The notes under the pieces are model-generated. The model saw nothing but the letters and a program-made list of their open reading frames with translations. It ran no database searches and was not told the DNA's origin. From Azolla caroliniana (taxonomy: Eukaryota > Plantae > Polypodiophyta), in contig JBHGNT010000011.1 in the NCBI GenBank assembly GCA_043228905.1, positions 10,540,001 through 10,604,000 on the forward strand: a stretch of 64,000 nt of DNA, written 5' to 3'. Numbering within the stretch: the first letter of the stretch is position 1; each line of letters opens with the position of its first letter. This document shows, in pieces, positions 25,901-38,893 of this stretch. The translations under genes were made by a program, and so were the position numbers.

Positions 25901-26640
25901 ACGGAATATCTTTCCTAACGGCCTGACCGATCGGTCCCAGTCGATCCGGTCCTCGGCTTCTTCAGCCGATCCGGCCGATGTTCAGCTTGTCTCTCAACAA
26001 AGGCTTTGGAGGTGGCCTATGAAAAACGTTTTCAATAGAGATGATAGAAAGGCAAGAGAGTATGGTTTGATTGCAAGTATATGGCTTAATACTATGTATT
26101 CATGATGAAGGTCGTGGTGGACCAAGAACCTATGACTAACAAGAATCTGCCCAAGATCCCTAGTGGATCAAGACAATGAGGGAGGAGATGCAAGCATTGG
26201 CTAATAACAATACTTGGGATCTAGTCTTGGCCTTTGAACCCAATAAGACGCCATTGGTTGTCATCAATTGTTCAAGATCAAGTAGAATGCAAGCGTCACG
26301 ATCAATTGGTTTAAGGTTTGGTAGTTGGTAAGGGCCACATGCAAACCCATGGCACAAACAGACCATGAGGAAAACGTTTGCCCCAATGGCGAAAATAAAT
26401 ACAATGAGGAAGATAAATGCCCTTGCAACAGTGAAAGGGTGGCACTTAGATCAAATGGGCATGAAGAATGTATATATCCAAGGCCAACCTGAGGAGGTAG
26501 TTTACATGATGCAATCCCCCGACTTTGAGTTGAGTAAACATCCGGACACAATTTACCAATTGAAGAAGCCAATATACAAACAAAAGCAAGCCTAGAGAGC
26601 AAGCAATTTGAAGATCATGCAATATTATCACAACATGAGT
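19930..26640 (+). pseudogene. Old copia remnant split by the 20345-25999 insertion
   Basis: Protease-region fragment DDSTHTVVHIEDVPFG...ITENLVLVDQII at about 19945-20160; RT fragment KTFAPMAKINT...KGWHLDQMGMKN at 26365-26595. Confidence 0.65.
20345..25999 (-). mobile_element. Full-length Ty1/copia element (LTRs 20345-20717 and 25626-25999), polyprotein disrupted
   Basis: Perfect TSD AAGGC (20340-20344, 26000-26004); PBS-Met TGGTATCAGAGCGCG 25611-25625; PPT 20718-20729; gag, CCHC, PR WYVDSGASNHMT, INT, RT and RH in copia order, with several stops and frameshifts. Confidence 0.97.
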
Positions 26641-28559
26641 TTCTAGGAACTTGCTCTTCATTATCTATTATGTCAACGGCCTTTTCATTAGTAGAAAAAG
26701 CTCAATCTAGTTGTACAACAGATCTAAACGATGTTATCTGGCTCAAGATGATGTTCTGAATGGCTTGCATTATTTTATGCGAATCAAGGTCATTATGTTC
26801 TTGATCTAATAATGAAGATAACAAGTTAACACTTGCTTTAAAATCAGTTATTTAAAAGACTGGCCATTTCAACGATGATGATATATCACAAGATTTTTGG
26901 AGGTTTATGAGTATGAAGTGGCCAATGAAGGTGCATTTGGGCTACACATGGTGACTCAATTTAATAGATCGGTGACTCTAAAGGTTTGAGTAAAGATGGT
27001 AGAATTTCAAAAAGATAAATGTGTAAATTCAAGTGGGTTTCATCATGTATTATTAGATGAAGATATGATTGACGACCACACTAGAATCATGAAGAAGACC
27101 TTTCTCCAATGTACCTAGAAAGGAGGGAAAGGTCTCTTAGTGTTAGAATTCTTGAGAGAAGTTGAAAAAAATCATAACAAACTCTTCGCAAGGGATCGAG
27201 AGCTTCTTCAATCAGAGAAGGTAGATTTGTTCGTCTGAACAATGGATGAGTCATTTAGAAAAGATATTCTGATCATTTTAGGGGATCAAACAAGCACAAA
27301 TGAACTTTTGCCCAACTAGAACAAGGTTAAGGAAGCTTGTCGTATATTTCGAAGAAGGGCATTGTAAATGGAGGATGGTGAGGAATGCTAACGAAAATGC
27401 AAGGTTCAAACAAAGGAGCCATGTAGTTCTAGTTGCCCATGCGGAGCCAAGTGTGAAGACAAACTTCCCGAGGATATCCCTCCCCTGAACAATGACCTAC
27501 ATCAACTAGCCAAATGTCAAAGCTGCTCTCTTTCCAACAACTAGTAACAAATGCCAATAAGAACCAACTACACAAAGATGGGTTGAGAAGAGCAAATTTC
27601 CCCTCAACAATAAGACCAAACACGGGAAGAGGATAAAGAGTGTGATCCACCTGAATACGAACCATATCCACATTACGCAAATATGGGTCCAAAGAGCAAA
27701 TTTATTCCTGGACCCAAAGGTCGAACAATGGTGGATCGCCACAACTATTTAAAACAAATCTCGTAGTACCATCCTCAAGCATGGGCCCACATAAAAGACC
27801 ACGCATCTACTTGAAGGATATACACAGAGACAAGAGGGGATGATGGGCCTGTGGAAACACCATGCATCTACCTCATTTGATAGTAGAAACTTACTCCTAC
27901 TTAGTATCCCTACTCAATTCAAGAAAACTATTTGGGATCATACATGCGCTTAAGACATGGAGACATTACCTATATAGAAATTGAACTGTGCAATAACTCA
28001 ATCCGTACCCCTTAATCCTCATGAGTTAGCTCATACCTAGTCATAAGGTTAGAGAACTACGATTACAGTTATGATCATAGCATGCATAATAGAACATTCA
28101 CTCAACATCCAAGAGGTATAAGGATCAATGCATCGCACGTCCATTTCCTATTACCGACAAGATTGGAGTTTTAAGGTAAGCCTCATGCCAATAATGAAGT
28201 TTGCAACATCGTATTGCATATTGTCTTGTCAATTAAACATGAAATTCATCAAAGTCACATGTTACTCTAAATATTACCAATATATCCAAAAGGATCTAAT
28301 GAAAGTGCTCAACTCAAGCATTTTTTGTAATTAGTCTAGGCTTGGTGTGGCATGTGTGGTAATTTATTGTTATGGAATGTATGTAGTGTATGTCATGTCA
28401 TGTATGTATGTAAACACATGTACGAATTGTCTATATACACGTTGTTTGGTACTAATAGAATAGGGGTTGTTCCAGGTTCACATAACTAAAGTTATCTACA
28501 CAAATGAGGGGTGAAATTTCGTGAGAATTCAATATTTTCTTGTGCTCTTTTGTTCAAAT

Positions 28560-28560
<1 letters not shown>

Positions 28561-28591
<31 letters not shown>

Positions 28592-28720
28592 GTATATGTA
28601 TGTATGTATGTATGTATGTATATATGTATATATGTATGTATGTATGTATGTATATATGTATATATACAGTATATATACATATATAGGTAGATAGATAGAT
28701 AGATGGATGGATGGATGAAG
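28561..28720. repeat. Compound microsatellite (TA)n/(TATG)n/(GATA)n/(GATG)n
   Basis: Directly visible. Confidence 0.95.
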
Positions 28721-29166
28721 CTTTTAAGTCAGATAAAAAGAAAGCGATATAAATATCATGGGAAAGGCTAACGAAAAAACGGTAATGACGAAGGAGAAAG
28801 AAGAAGGAAGAAGGAAGGAGGAAGAAGGAAGAAGCACCACCAACACTCCTATTATTGGTGCACATATATATACATACATACATGAATTGTGCGAGCAGTA
28901 GAGATCATGGAGAAGAACACCACCAGCAACCACTATTCTTGCATACATATGACCTGTCCATTAATGCACATCTGTGCATATAACATTTTATGTCAGATGA
29001 TACATGAATGTATATAGATAGATATATGTATATGGATGGAGTTAGTCGTATTGTTTGAGGAGAGATTGAGAGATGAGAGGAGGTAATTTGGAACTCGGTT
29101 GAAAAATGTGAGAGAGGGCTGGGAGGAAGAAGTAGAAGAAGAAGAAGAAGAAGAAGAAGAGGGTGG

Positions 29167-30977
29167 ATGGCGAGAATGAGTGAGGAGCGGTGGAAGGTGA
29201 GGGCGCGCTTGCTCGAGGAGCGCGTGAATGCCCTCTCCAAGAAACTTGCGTCCCAAATCGAGGATGCCGCCCATCTCCGCATCCAGCACCAACACGATAC
29301 CGCAAACGTTGGTGCTACCTACCAAATCAATCCACCCTATTCTCTGAATCTCTAATTATTCCAATAAATTCCTTTGTGAAATCACCCCTCCATTCCGCCT
29401 CATTCATCAAATCGCCCTATCAGCTAATTGGCATGGTGTTTTAATGACTGCTTCATAGCCCCAATTCTTCCATCTCCCTACCCAAAATTCCCCTGATTAA
29501 TAACTTCATAGCTGTAATTTATCAAGGCTTAATTAGGACAATTTGATGGCATACTATCTTAATTCCATTGCTAATTATAAGATTGAAATCTACTTAAATG
29601 CAGGTTCAATCCTTGGAAGAGGATTTGAGAGCAGAACGCGAGAGATGCCACAAGCTCTCTGTTTCCTTATCATCTTGTCGAAGATCAAATCAGAAATACA
29701 AAGACAAACTAAATAAATGCTTACCGTTAAATGATCATCCTTCTCATCATAACAATAATAATGATGATAACTATTGCAATTATCTAGCCATGTGCGAGTG
29801 TATGATTGAGGCTAACAATGCCACAGTTAGCAATAGCAAAGAAGCTTTACTCAAGAATAAACATCCCAATTATTGTAACAATAATCGCTACATGGGGATT
29901 AAGCCAGCTCTGATGAATCCACGCTCATTGTTTTCAAGGAAGGTCAAGCCTAATTACACTGCTACTCATCGGATCAGCACTAATCACTCCACAAATCATG
30001 CTTCTTCAGGTGCTCTTAGTAACTGTCGCAATGATCACAGTAATGTGGAACTTCTGGCTCATCGACTAATGCAACTAATTGGTGATGATAGTCAGGTCCT
30101 TAATTATAATTGTGGGTTGAAGCCATCAGATTCAGCAATGAATTGTGTTGATTGCAGCCAGAGTACGGCGAATCATATGATTATTGCATCTCCTAAACAA
30201 GGGAATAGTACCCCTATTTGTCCACTTAGGAAGTTTACTCAATGCAAAAAACAGATTAAGGTGGAACCAGAAGGTCAGATCAGCACTACAAGAGCTGACA
30301 CTAATGTAAGAAGTACGAAGTCTGAAGACACGATAATGCAGAGAGATGATGATGTAATTATTAAGAGTAACAGAGAATTAAAAACAGACCGAGGCAATAC
30401 AACAGACTCAGATAACGATAGTGATCATTCTAATAACGATGAGGAATTAACTAAGCCAGGCAATAATTATATCAATTTTGAAGCACTAACAGCAGAGAAC
30501 GAAGCATTAAGAAAAGCCTTGCTATCTAGAAAACTGATAGAAATCAAAGAGCTTGAACAACAGGTACATGAACAGAGAGCATTCGTTAATCATTCTCCTC
30601 ATGATGCTGATCAAGAAATTAAGCAGCTTAATACTGAGGCTAATTGCATGCATCATCCTGGTACAATCTGCATCAATAAATTATCAGATGATAAAAAGCT
30701 TGTCAATTGGTCTACTACATCGGATCCAGTGAAGTATTTTGACATGATGAAGGGTATAGAAGAAGATATATTAGAGAAGAGGATTTCAGGTTTGGCATTA
30801 GAAGGACAACTGGTTACGCAATTAAGCTCACTAATTGCATCTTCTGATGCTAATTATGATGCTAATCATCACTCTAACTATCATGAAGATTTACGACATC
30901 TATTGAACGCATTGGCAAGAGATGTTGTCCTCCTTAGAAAAGAAAATGAATGGTTAAAAACAAGGTTCCAAGGATGA
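29167..30977 (+). CDS. Host gene, coiled-coil protein of unknown function; join(29167..29307,29604..30977), about 504 aa
   Basis: ATG after a (GAA)n leader; phase-0 GT (29308) ... CAG (29603) intron joins MARMSEERW...HDTAN to VQSLEEDLRAERER in frame; 1.37-kb open exon in AT-rich DNA; heptad segments at the N-terminus, middle and C-terminus; no TE motifs. Confidence 0.8.
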
Positions 30978-31717
30978 TCAATTGATAAGTCCAATAATGC
31001 AATTTATTGATGTGTTAATTATGAACCATCAAGTATGTAGATGTAATTATTAATGACAAATGTAATCATCGTCATTTGAATCACAAAATATTTTGCTATG
31101 AATGTTTGGACTAGCGAAATGCTTACCAAATCTTGGTGATCCAGTGTTTCAGATATAATGCACAATTCCATGTATAATGCAGGGATAAACCAGGATTAAA
31201 GTGATGAAGTCAAGGTTTTCAAGCAAACGGATACAACCATTATTGATTTAAGATGGATTTGCATCAAAATATCCCAAACTAAGTTACATTTAGATTGAAA
31301 ATTTCTATATTTGCAGGAATCTACAATGCTCCCTTTTTTAATCACAAGTTAGTTAAATCTAAAATGTATGGATAATCTATGTTTAATGCTTTTCAAACTA
31401 GCACAAAAATCTGTGATCAACAGGATTTATTTCCAAGACGTAAAGGCTTTCTTCTAATGTTATCCATACTATTCATAAACGAAGTACATGCTACAATCAG
31501 AAAAGATATCAAAACTGGATTCCAACAAACAAAAAATATTGATTGATAATGCTTTAATGTTTCACAAGGAAACTTCGAACTTTTACTTCTATTTCTTAAA
31601 CCACTTATACAAGAGCAATACTCTAGACCCTCAAAACTCATCCTTTTCCTCATCTGAGCTACTTTGTCTAGTATTCCAAAATAAAAGCATGTCGTGGATT
31701 CCTCAATCATCAGTTGT

Positions 31718-34700
31718 TTAGTCTGGAAATAATAATAATAATAATAAGTATTATAGTTTATACTCAGCATAAAGATGTACTTAAAAACGACGTGTTTGCT
31801 GCAATTACCTGATGCAACAGCTTCAACTCCTGGACCATGTAGCTTAGCATAGATCTCTCGAATATCACAACCCGTTTTAGTCTAAGAAAATAAAATAAAA
31901 AGAGCAAAGCAAAAACATACTTTAGATTTACTGTGTCAGGGATTTACACATCTTAGCAATAAATAGCAGTTAAGGTATCTTTTGAGACATAAATACAAAG
32001 TACAAAAGCTCAAACCTACATACCAGACACTGTTACCAACACTCAAAATAATCACGCAGTTGAACATGAATGATATGTTCAAATAGCAATAACCACCTAC
32101 TAGATATATAATATTAGAAATATCTACTATATGATGATAACAGCATTAATTAAGCAAGCTTTTAATCTAGAGATGTTCTAAGACGTGACATACATTAAAT
32201 GTTCCCAGGGAATTGCTATCCTATGCACACAAGTAAAAGAAAGCAAATAGTCATAATCATATATACCACCTTGTTTAAAACAAATATACAATGGGCTACA
32301 TAAAGATATTTTCAAACATTCTCGTAAATCTAAACCTGCCATACCAAAGCCTGAAAGATTTTTGGGCTGTTGCACTGAGTTAACACACCATGCAAGCAAC
32401 ACTAGGAGAATTGTATTAAAGACTACATATCCTACATCAACCATAGAATCACTAGTCATGAATATGAAAAAAATGCCTGCAGATAGAAAGTGGTATAATA
32501 TATTAACGTAAGAAATAAAGTAAGTCATTAAAACATGTACTAAAGATTATTTTATACCACCATGCAATCACTAGACATGAATATATAAAACATAGTGAGG
32601 TGACATAATGTTTTAGGGTGAACCATCAATATGAGGTATTTGCAGAGAACAAATGAATTGCTACAAGGGAATGTAATGAATTGCAATCACGAACGAAATT
32701 CACAAATGCAAAAAAATACATCTCTAGCCCAAGGCATAATTCATAGGGGAGCAGAAAAGAGAGCATAAATTTTCATTATAGAATCTTTAAATCCCTCGAA
32801 TGTCCCAGATGCTATGCTAATGACTCACATCTTCTCTGTAACATTTTTATCCACAGATAAAGCACATAACATTTCAATAAAGAGCAAGACTGAACATGGC
32901 ACAGATCAGAAACCTATATATCAAGGAAAAGTTGTAGACAAGCAACAAAATCTAGTAAACTTGAGGTAAACATAGAAAGAGACTATATCCAAAAGACGGT
33001 CCATAAAAGTATGGATATCAGGAAGTTTCCCCTAAATCTGTTCTGATCAGTCTATCTCAGAATTATGTAACTCAACCCGTAGGAATCAGCAACAGCTCAG
33101 TTCAAGCTTGAACCGAGCCTTTAAACCATTTTTAGCGGTTTAGCGGTTCGGTTCAGTTCAGGCATGAGCTTCCTTAACCAGTTTGGGCTCAGTTTGGGAT
33201 GGGTCAAGCCGAACCGAACAGTTTTGGGCTGAACCAGTTAAGGCTAATCGGTTTGGCTAAACCGGCTCCTAAAGCGGATTATGCTTAGCTGGTTTGGCCA
33301 AACCGGTTAAGCCTTCACCAGTTTATGAGCCGGTTCGGTTGAAGTTTGAAAACTCCCAAACTGGTTACAGCTATAACAAGTTTCGTTTAGACAATGCCAA
33401 ACCGGTTAAGCCGAAACTGAACCTTGCTGATTCCTATCGACGTGCATATGGATCTTTCAAGCAATGAAAGAGGAAGAAGGAAGAAGATGTGAGTAGGTTA
33501 ATTAGGCAAAGGATGAGACTCAAGAGGACAATGATTAGTTATGCTGTGGAATTTAAGGTCAAAGATTCACAGACTAGGGGGTATGACATATCCTTACACT
33601 CCAGGGAATAAAATATAAAATAGCAGATCTGCATGTGAATAAAGAAAGAGTAAAGAATGACATACACACTGGACCCAATGATATTGTCGATGACGTCTTG
33701 ATGCTGAAAGCACAATAGCCATTCAGTTATATATAGCTCAATCTGATAGGTGGTAAGGAGGATAGAGAGCAGCACAAACAGGACGATAGGTACCCAGAGA
33801 AAACGGTTATAATAGAGGCTACAAGATTGTGACAAACGATTTAATTTCAAGACAAGTCTAGATATATTTAAATGGAAAAGGACATGTTTAAATGTGTGTG
33901 TGTGCGCACGCACCCACGCACGCACAAGAGAGAGAGAGAGAGAGAGACAGAAAGAGACAGAGAAAGAAACTTTATCAGTAGTTTCACAGGAGCAAAATTT
34001 AGTATTGATATGAAGTTACGCATAACTTCACTGAGGAAGATCAAGTTCAACAATTGCTAAGTTCATAATTCAAAGGTACAATCATGTCCAGTAGTAAACA
34101 AGTAGAACAAGATATGCATACACCCAACAAGTTGGATGTATAATTGTATACATCATGGATTACCAGTACAGAGGAAAAAACGAGTTTCCAAGTTTGGAAA
34201 ACAGAATGACAATGCCCAACTTAAGGAGAAACTTTCAATTCCACATTCACATACCGGCCCTTCACTATAATTAAGCTTACTATCCTTACCATGGTCAGAA
34301 AAGTGGAAACCTATAATATTTTTCCTTTTAAAAATTGTAAGTTATGACATTAATTTCAATCTTCCTGTTACTAGATCCAAAATTATTTTTCAATATTTCA
34401 GTCAGTCACAATGTCAATGACCATATTATTAGGCACAAATCTCCGATATCCTAGTTCTTCCAGTCTGCAACCGTAAGAATAAAACATATTCACGGATCTC
34501 CAATTTTTAAATCTGTTGTAATGTTTCCTAGCGTCTACCCCCAATTGGGAACTACTGTGGGATAACTAACATCAGGTAAAATAGCAATAGTTTCACAATT
34601 ACTTGAATCATCAGAAAATCTGGAAGCTACATACCATCTCAATAGCCATCTCAATAAGAGATGATAGGCGTTTTGCTCCTCCATCCTCTGAACCCCATAT

Positions 34701-35162
34701 GATTTGAAGAGCCATGGCTAGATTTTCCTCAACTGAGGCTCTAGAGTTTGTATATTTCAATGCATCGAGTAAGTGCACAACATGTTCTCTCAAATCAGTT
34801 TTCTGATCACACCGCCTGCAGATATATTCCATATTCAAGCCAATTGGCTTTACTACTCCAGCCATCTGGCAATCTAAGGCACATTTTATATGTGCTCCAT
34901 GCCCACAAAACTCAGCACCTGGCAACCTTGCAAAGCATCGGACAGATGTGAAAGCACTATGGACAGAGCTCATGGTCTTTCCACACAATATACATAAGCA
35001 CTCTCTGCAATAGTGTGGCTCGCTGCAGCAAATATCACATGGCATGACTCCTATAGCCCCTAGAGCTAGACTCTTGCCTTTCTCCAGACCACAATCATGG
35101 TTTCCTGCTTTACACCGCATGTCTTCTTCAACTCTCCTGATTTTCGGTACTCTATAGTGAGT
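31718..35162 (-). CDS. Host gene, OBERON-like PHD-finger protein; exons about 35162-34635, 31881-31809 and 31722-31718; 5' exon uncertain
   Basis: CDICCSEPHYCRECLCILC...CGHGAHIKCAL...MAGVV...EYICRRCDQKTDL matches the PHD_Oberon (DUF1423) subfamily as recalled; canonical GT/AG junctions keep the frame (EM|TKTGCDIREIYAKLHG...AS|D-stop). Confidence 0.8.
33080..33436. mobile_element. hAT-like MITE in the intron of the PHD gene
   Basis: 13-bp perfect TIR TAGGAATCAGCAA/TTGCTGATTCCTA; many AACCG/CGGTT motifs; TSD decayed (TCAACCCG/TCGACGTG). Confidence 0.75.
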
Positions 35163-35278
35163 CTATAGTGCTGCAATCACATACACAGAATTGTGATAGA
35201 AAATAATACTATTAATAATGAAATACTAAAGAAATCATCAAATATCAGAAACACCGGCTCACAGTTACCAATAAATTG

Positions 35279-35324
<46 letters not shown>

Positions 35325-37235
35325 CTGCCCCACTTTGCTCTCATCAAAGAATTTTGCAACCCATAGGAAATTATACATGTTTCCCCATGAATTTAATAAC
35401 ATTGTATCACCATTTTAGGACACTATTGATTAACCAGCATTTTCGCGCCTATTTATATCACTTGACAAACTGTTTTTATTATTGACACTTGATGCAATTG
35501 ATGAGATTCGTCTTTCAAGGACATTAATATAACTCTCTTTATCCCTCTCTTCTCTAGAGTTTCTTTCTTTATCTATGACTTTCAGCTCATCATATCAGGC
35601 AAATAATTATACTCTCCCATAGTATATTGTACTTGAATGCTGGTTTCTTGGTTATATGGTTACTATATTTAGTATCTTCTTTTATTCTTTAATTTATAAT
35701 CAATGTTTTTATTGTATTTGATGATCACTGTAACTTTGGCCTTTGCCATCAAGGTTTCCTTGCTTGCTTCAGACTCTTGTTGAGTGCAAGAATTTTTGAA
35801 TCCAGTCAAGCTCCCAATATTATGGGATTACCTATCAGAATATCAATGTTTTTGTCAAGATTATGGACATGAGTGTCTCCATTTTCAGCCAGTTGTCTTG
35901 ATGACATAAGTGCCAACCTTGGGTACCTTCATTTAGGGAGCTCCCATTTTCAGATTTAAGAGACATTGATATCTCATTTTTAATCTCTTTCTTTTCTCCT
36001 TCACTTTCTCTTTCTACTCCACGTCCTTCTGAACATCACCAGGGCTGTGTATATGACAGGCACACAGATAAGAAGATGGTCGTAAATTTGGTCTCATGCA
36101 AACGTACTACATTTCAGGTTGCTCATGTATGCAACTATGGCTGTAAGTTGTCTTGTCGATGAAGTTTTGGGTCTTTTGCGGGAGTTGATACAACATTTCA
36201 ATTCATTTCTCTTTCTCTTTGGGCTCCTAGTCCAATGAGCACCATCCAAACATCACCAGAAATGCACATAGAACAGACCGAGTTGATTACATGGCATCTA
36301 TTTTTACTCATCTTTAAAAATATGGCATTTTTCATTTGTATTTGCAAATGCATCTGCATTTCCTTTGTCCGACAACAAAGCATCATCATACTTATCTCTC
36401 TGTTCTTTTCTTCTTTCTACTTTCGCGTCGAATTCAAACATGAGCAGAAGTTTGCACAAACAGCAACAACAACAACAACATGTGAAGGAAGTAAAAAGGA
36501 AGCAATGTTCTTAAGATGTTTCATTAAGTGCACTTACATGGAAAGACTGATATATGTGTATCAACAGTAGAACGAAGAGAAGAGAACATCTAAGAAGAGA
36601 AAAGTACAGTAATCTTCTTTTCCATTCGCTCGATCTTCGAAACCAGAAGGGGAAGGGGAAGGGGAAGCAGAGGCTCCATCGAGCGGGAAAGAATTGGGGC
36701 GGCAGAATCCGATAATTACGTCTGCTTCTTCTTCTTCTTCTTCTTCTTCTTCTAAGTTTAAGAAGCTCCTTCAATTCGTAGCTACAAATAATGAGACTCC
36801 CTTCTCTTCTTCTTCATTTCCCTCCTCTTCATTTTTCCCAAAAAAGAATACATATACATATATGTACTCCATTAGTTAAAATATGTCCTTGCTTTAGTCC
36901 CCGTATCAGGTATCCTATCATTCTCAGCTACTATATACCCTGTGTATGTTGGTTGTACAAAACCTCACCACCAAACATCTACTTACATCTGGGCGACATC
37001 TCATATTTAACTTACACTTTCACATATGTATTTACCCGATCGGGAGGGGGGAACAACCAGCTGGGTACCACGTACTACCATCGTATATCCATTCTATTTT
37101 CTGCGGCAATCAATGTAGTACACCAACTTTTTCTGAAATTCATCCTCGTTAGTTTTGAAGCATCATGGGTTCCATCAATCTGCTCATATTGAGCCCTCAA
37201 TGTAGTTATGAATATGTGCCATATTAGCTTAATAG

Positions 37236-38878
37236 GGTTGAGAATCAAGCTCAACATAGTGTAACGTGTGAACCACCCTTTGAGGATCCATGAGCACTCA
37301 AAGGTCAAGAGTCATACCACTCTCTACACATTAAACTATGTGTCATAGAATCATATTCTATGACACATAACTAATGGGTTCCACATTCCCCATTACCATA
37401 AGACTTCACATTCCTCAAGGCTCTAGTGAGAGAGTGGACGTTGTAGTGAGTAAATGAAGAGAGAGGGTGACCCTATATAAAGCACCCTCCTCCTACTTCA
37501 TACTAAGTCGGTTGTGACTCCTTGTAATGATACATTTTGTATCTCCATTCTACTTGTGAAATATACACCTTCTTCTTGAGTATTTTATTTCTCTTGATTA
37601 TCTATCTTGTGTTCTCTTCTCTCCTCTATTTTTCACACACACACACATAACACACATATCTATTCTGTTGCACAAGAATCACCATCGATTCGTTACATGG
37701 TATCAGAACAATTTGGTAGCTCGATCTAGCCCTTTCGCCTCATCGTGATCATGTGTTGTGCTCTACGCCAACATTCAAGAAGAACCGGCTCATCGCTATT
37801 GTAGTACCACTACATAGCTCGTGTTCGAGAGAGAAGGAAAAGAAGAAAGGAAGCTTAATCGACAATGAATGCTCAAATGGGGAGCGCTCTCCCTAGCGAG
37901 AAGTTGGATCACAACAACTTTGCATCTTGGGAGTACAAGATGCACCAATACCTTGTCAGTCAAGGTTATTGGAGTTACATCAAAGGAGCACAAGAAAACC
38001 GACCCACCCGAAAGACGCCGACTACGCAACATGGGAGCAAGCGGCAAGTCGAGTGATGTATTGCTTGGCGACATGTGTTCACGACCACATGTTCGACTAC
38101 ATTCGAGAAGCTGAGACGCCAAAGGAAGTGTGGGAGAATCTTCGTAAGATTTTCGCCACCAACACAACTGCGAGAAAGCTTCAACTCCACCAAGAGTTGA
38201 ACAACATCGAACAAAGGGATATGTCCATCACTAGCTACACCTTGAAGATCAAGGAGATTTGTGATGCACTCAGCTCGATAAGCGTAAATGTGGAGGATGA
38301 CAAGATGGTGTAAATATGCCCCGGCGGCCTTGCACCACGGTTCGGCGCGATGCAGATCATCGTACTAGCATGGGAGAATCTGCCCTCCTTCGATCTTCAA
38401 TCCATGTTGTTGGTCGAAGAGAATCATGTTCGAACAAGGAGCGACGCCTCGGAAGGCCACATACTCTACACGCATTCAGACGGAGGAAAAGGACGTGGTC
38501 GTGCAAGAAGAGGCTGATTCGGCCAAGGACGAGGCGGACGAGGCCGGAGTTACGAAAACAACTCTCAATTATGGCAACAAGATGGAGGCCATCGAGGAAC
38601 CTTTGGAAGAAGGGGGAGCCACCATTCCGGTCCGAGTCGACAAAACTCAATCGAATGCGGATATTGCGGAAAAATTAGTCAACGCGAAGAAGAATGTCGT
38701 AAGAAGATGCGCGAGTCGGCTTCCACTAGCCAACAACTCACCAACTACACCACCAACTCCAAGTATGACGATCGTGGCGGAATGTTCGTGATGAAACATA
38801 GAGCAAATTCTATGTTGGCTTCTACTTCAACTAGTGCCTCGGGTCTAGAAGACGTATGGTTCGTCGACTCCGGTGCTT
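37236..38878 (+). mobile_element. Ty1/copia 5' fragment: LTR 37236-37697, PBS-Met, gag, truncated at the protease motif
   Basis: LTR related to 46774-47166; TGGTATCAGA at 37698; gag MNAQMGSALPSEKLDHNNFASWEYKM; ends at DVWFVDSGA. Confidence 0.9.
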
Positions 38879-38893
38879 GTGCGCTTGTGCGCT

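Noticed and set aside
26700-28330. Possible decayed LINE or other coding remnant
   Set aside because: Only short ORFs with no motif I can identify.
28492-29325. ORFs rich in YIHT, poly-L, poly-S or poly-F
   Set aside because: Translations of microsatellites.
35450-36500. Purine-rich minus-strand stretch that looks like a decayed exon
   Set aside because: Multiple stops and no recognisable domain; cannot be tied to the PHD gene.
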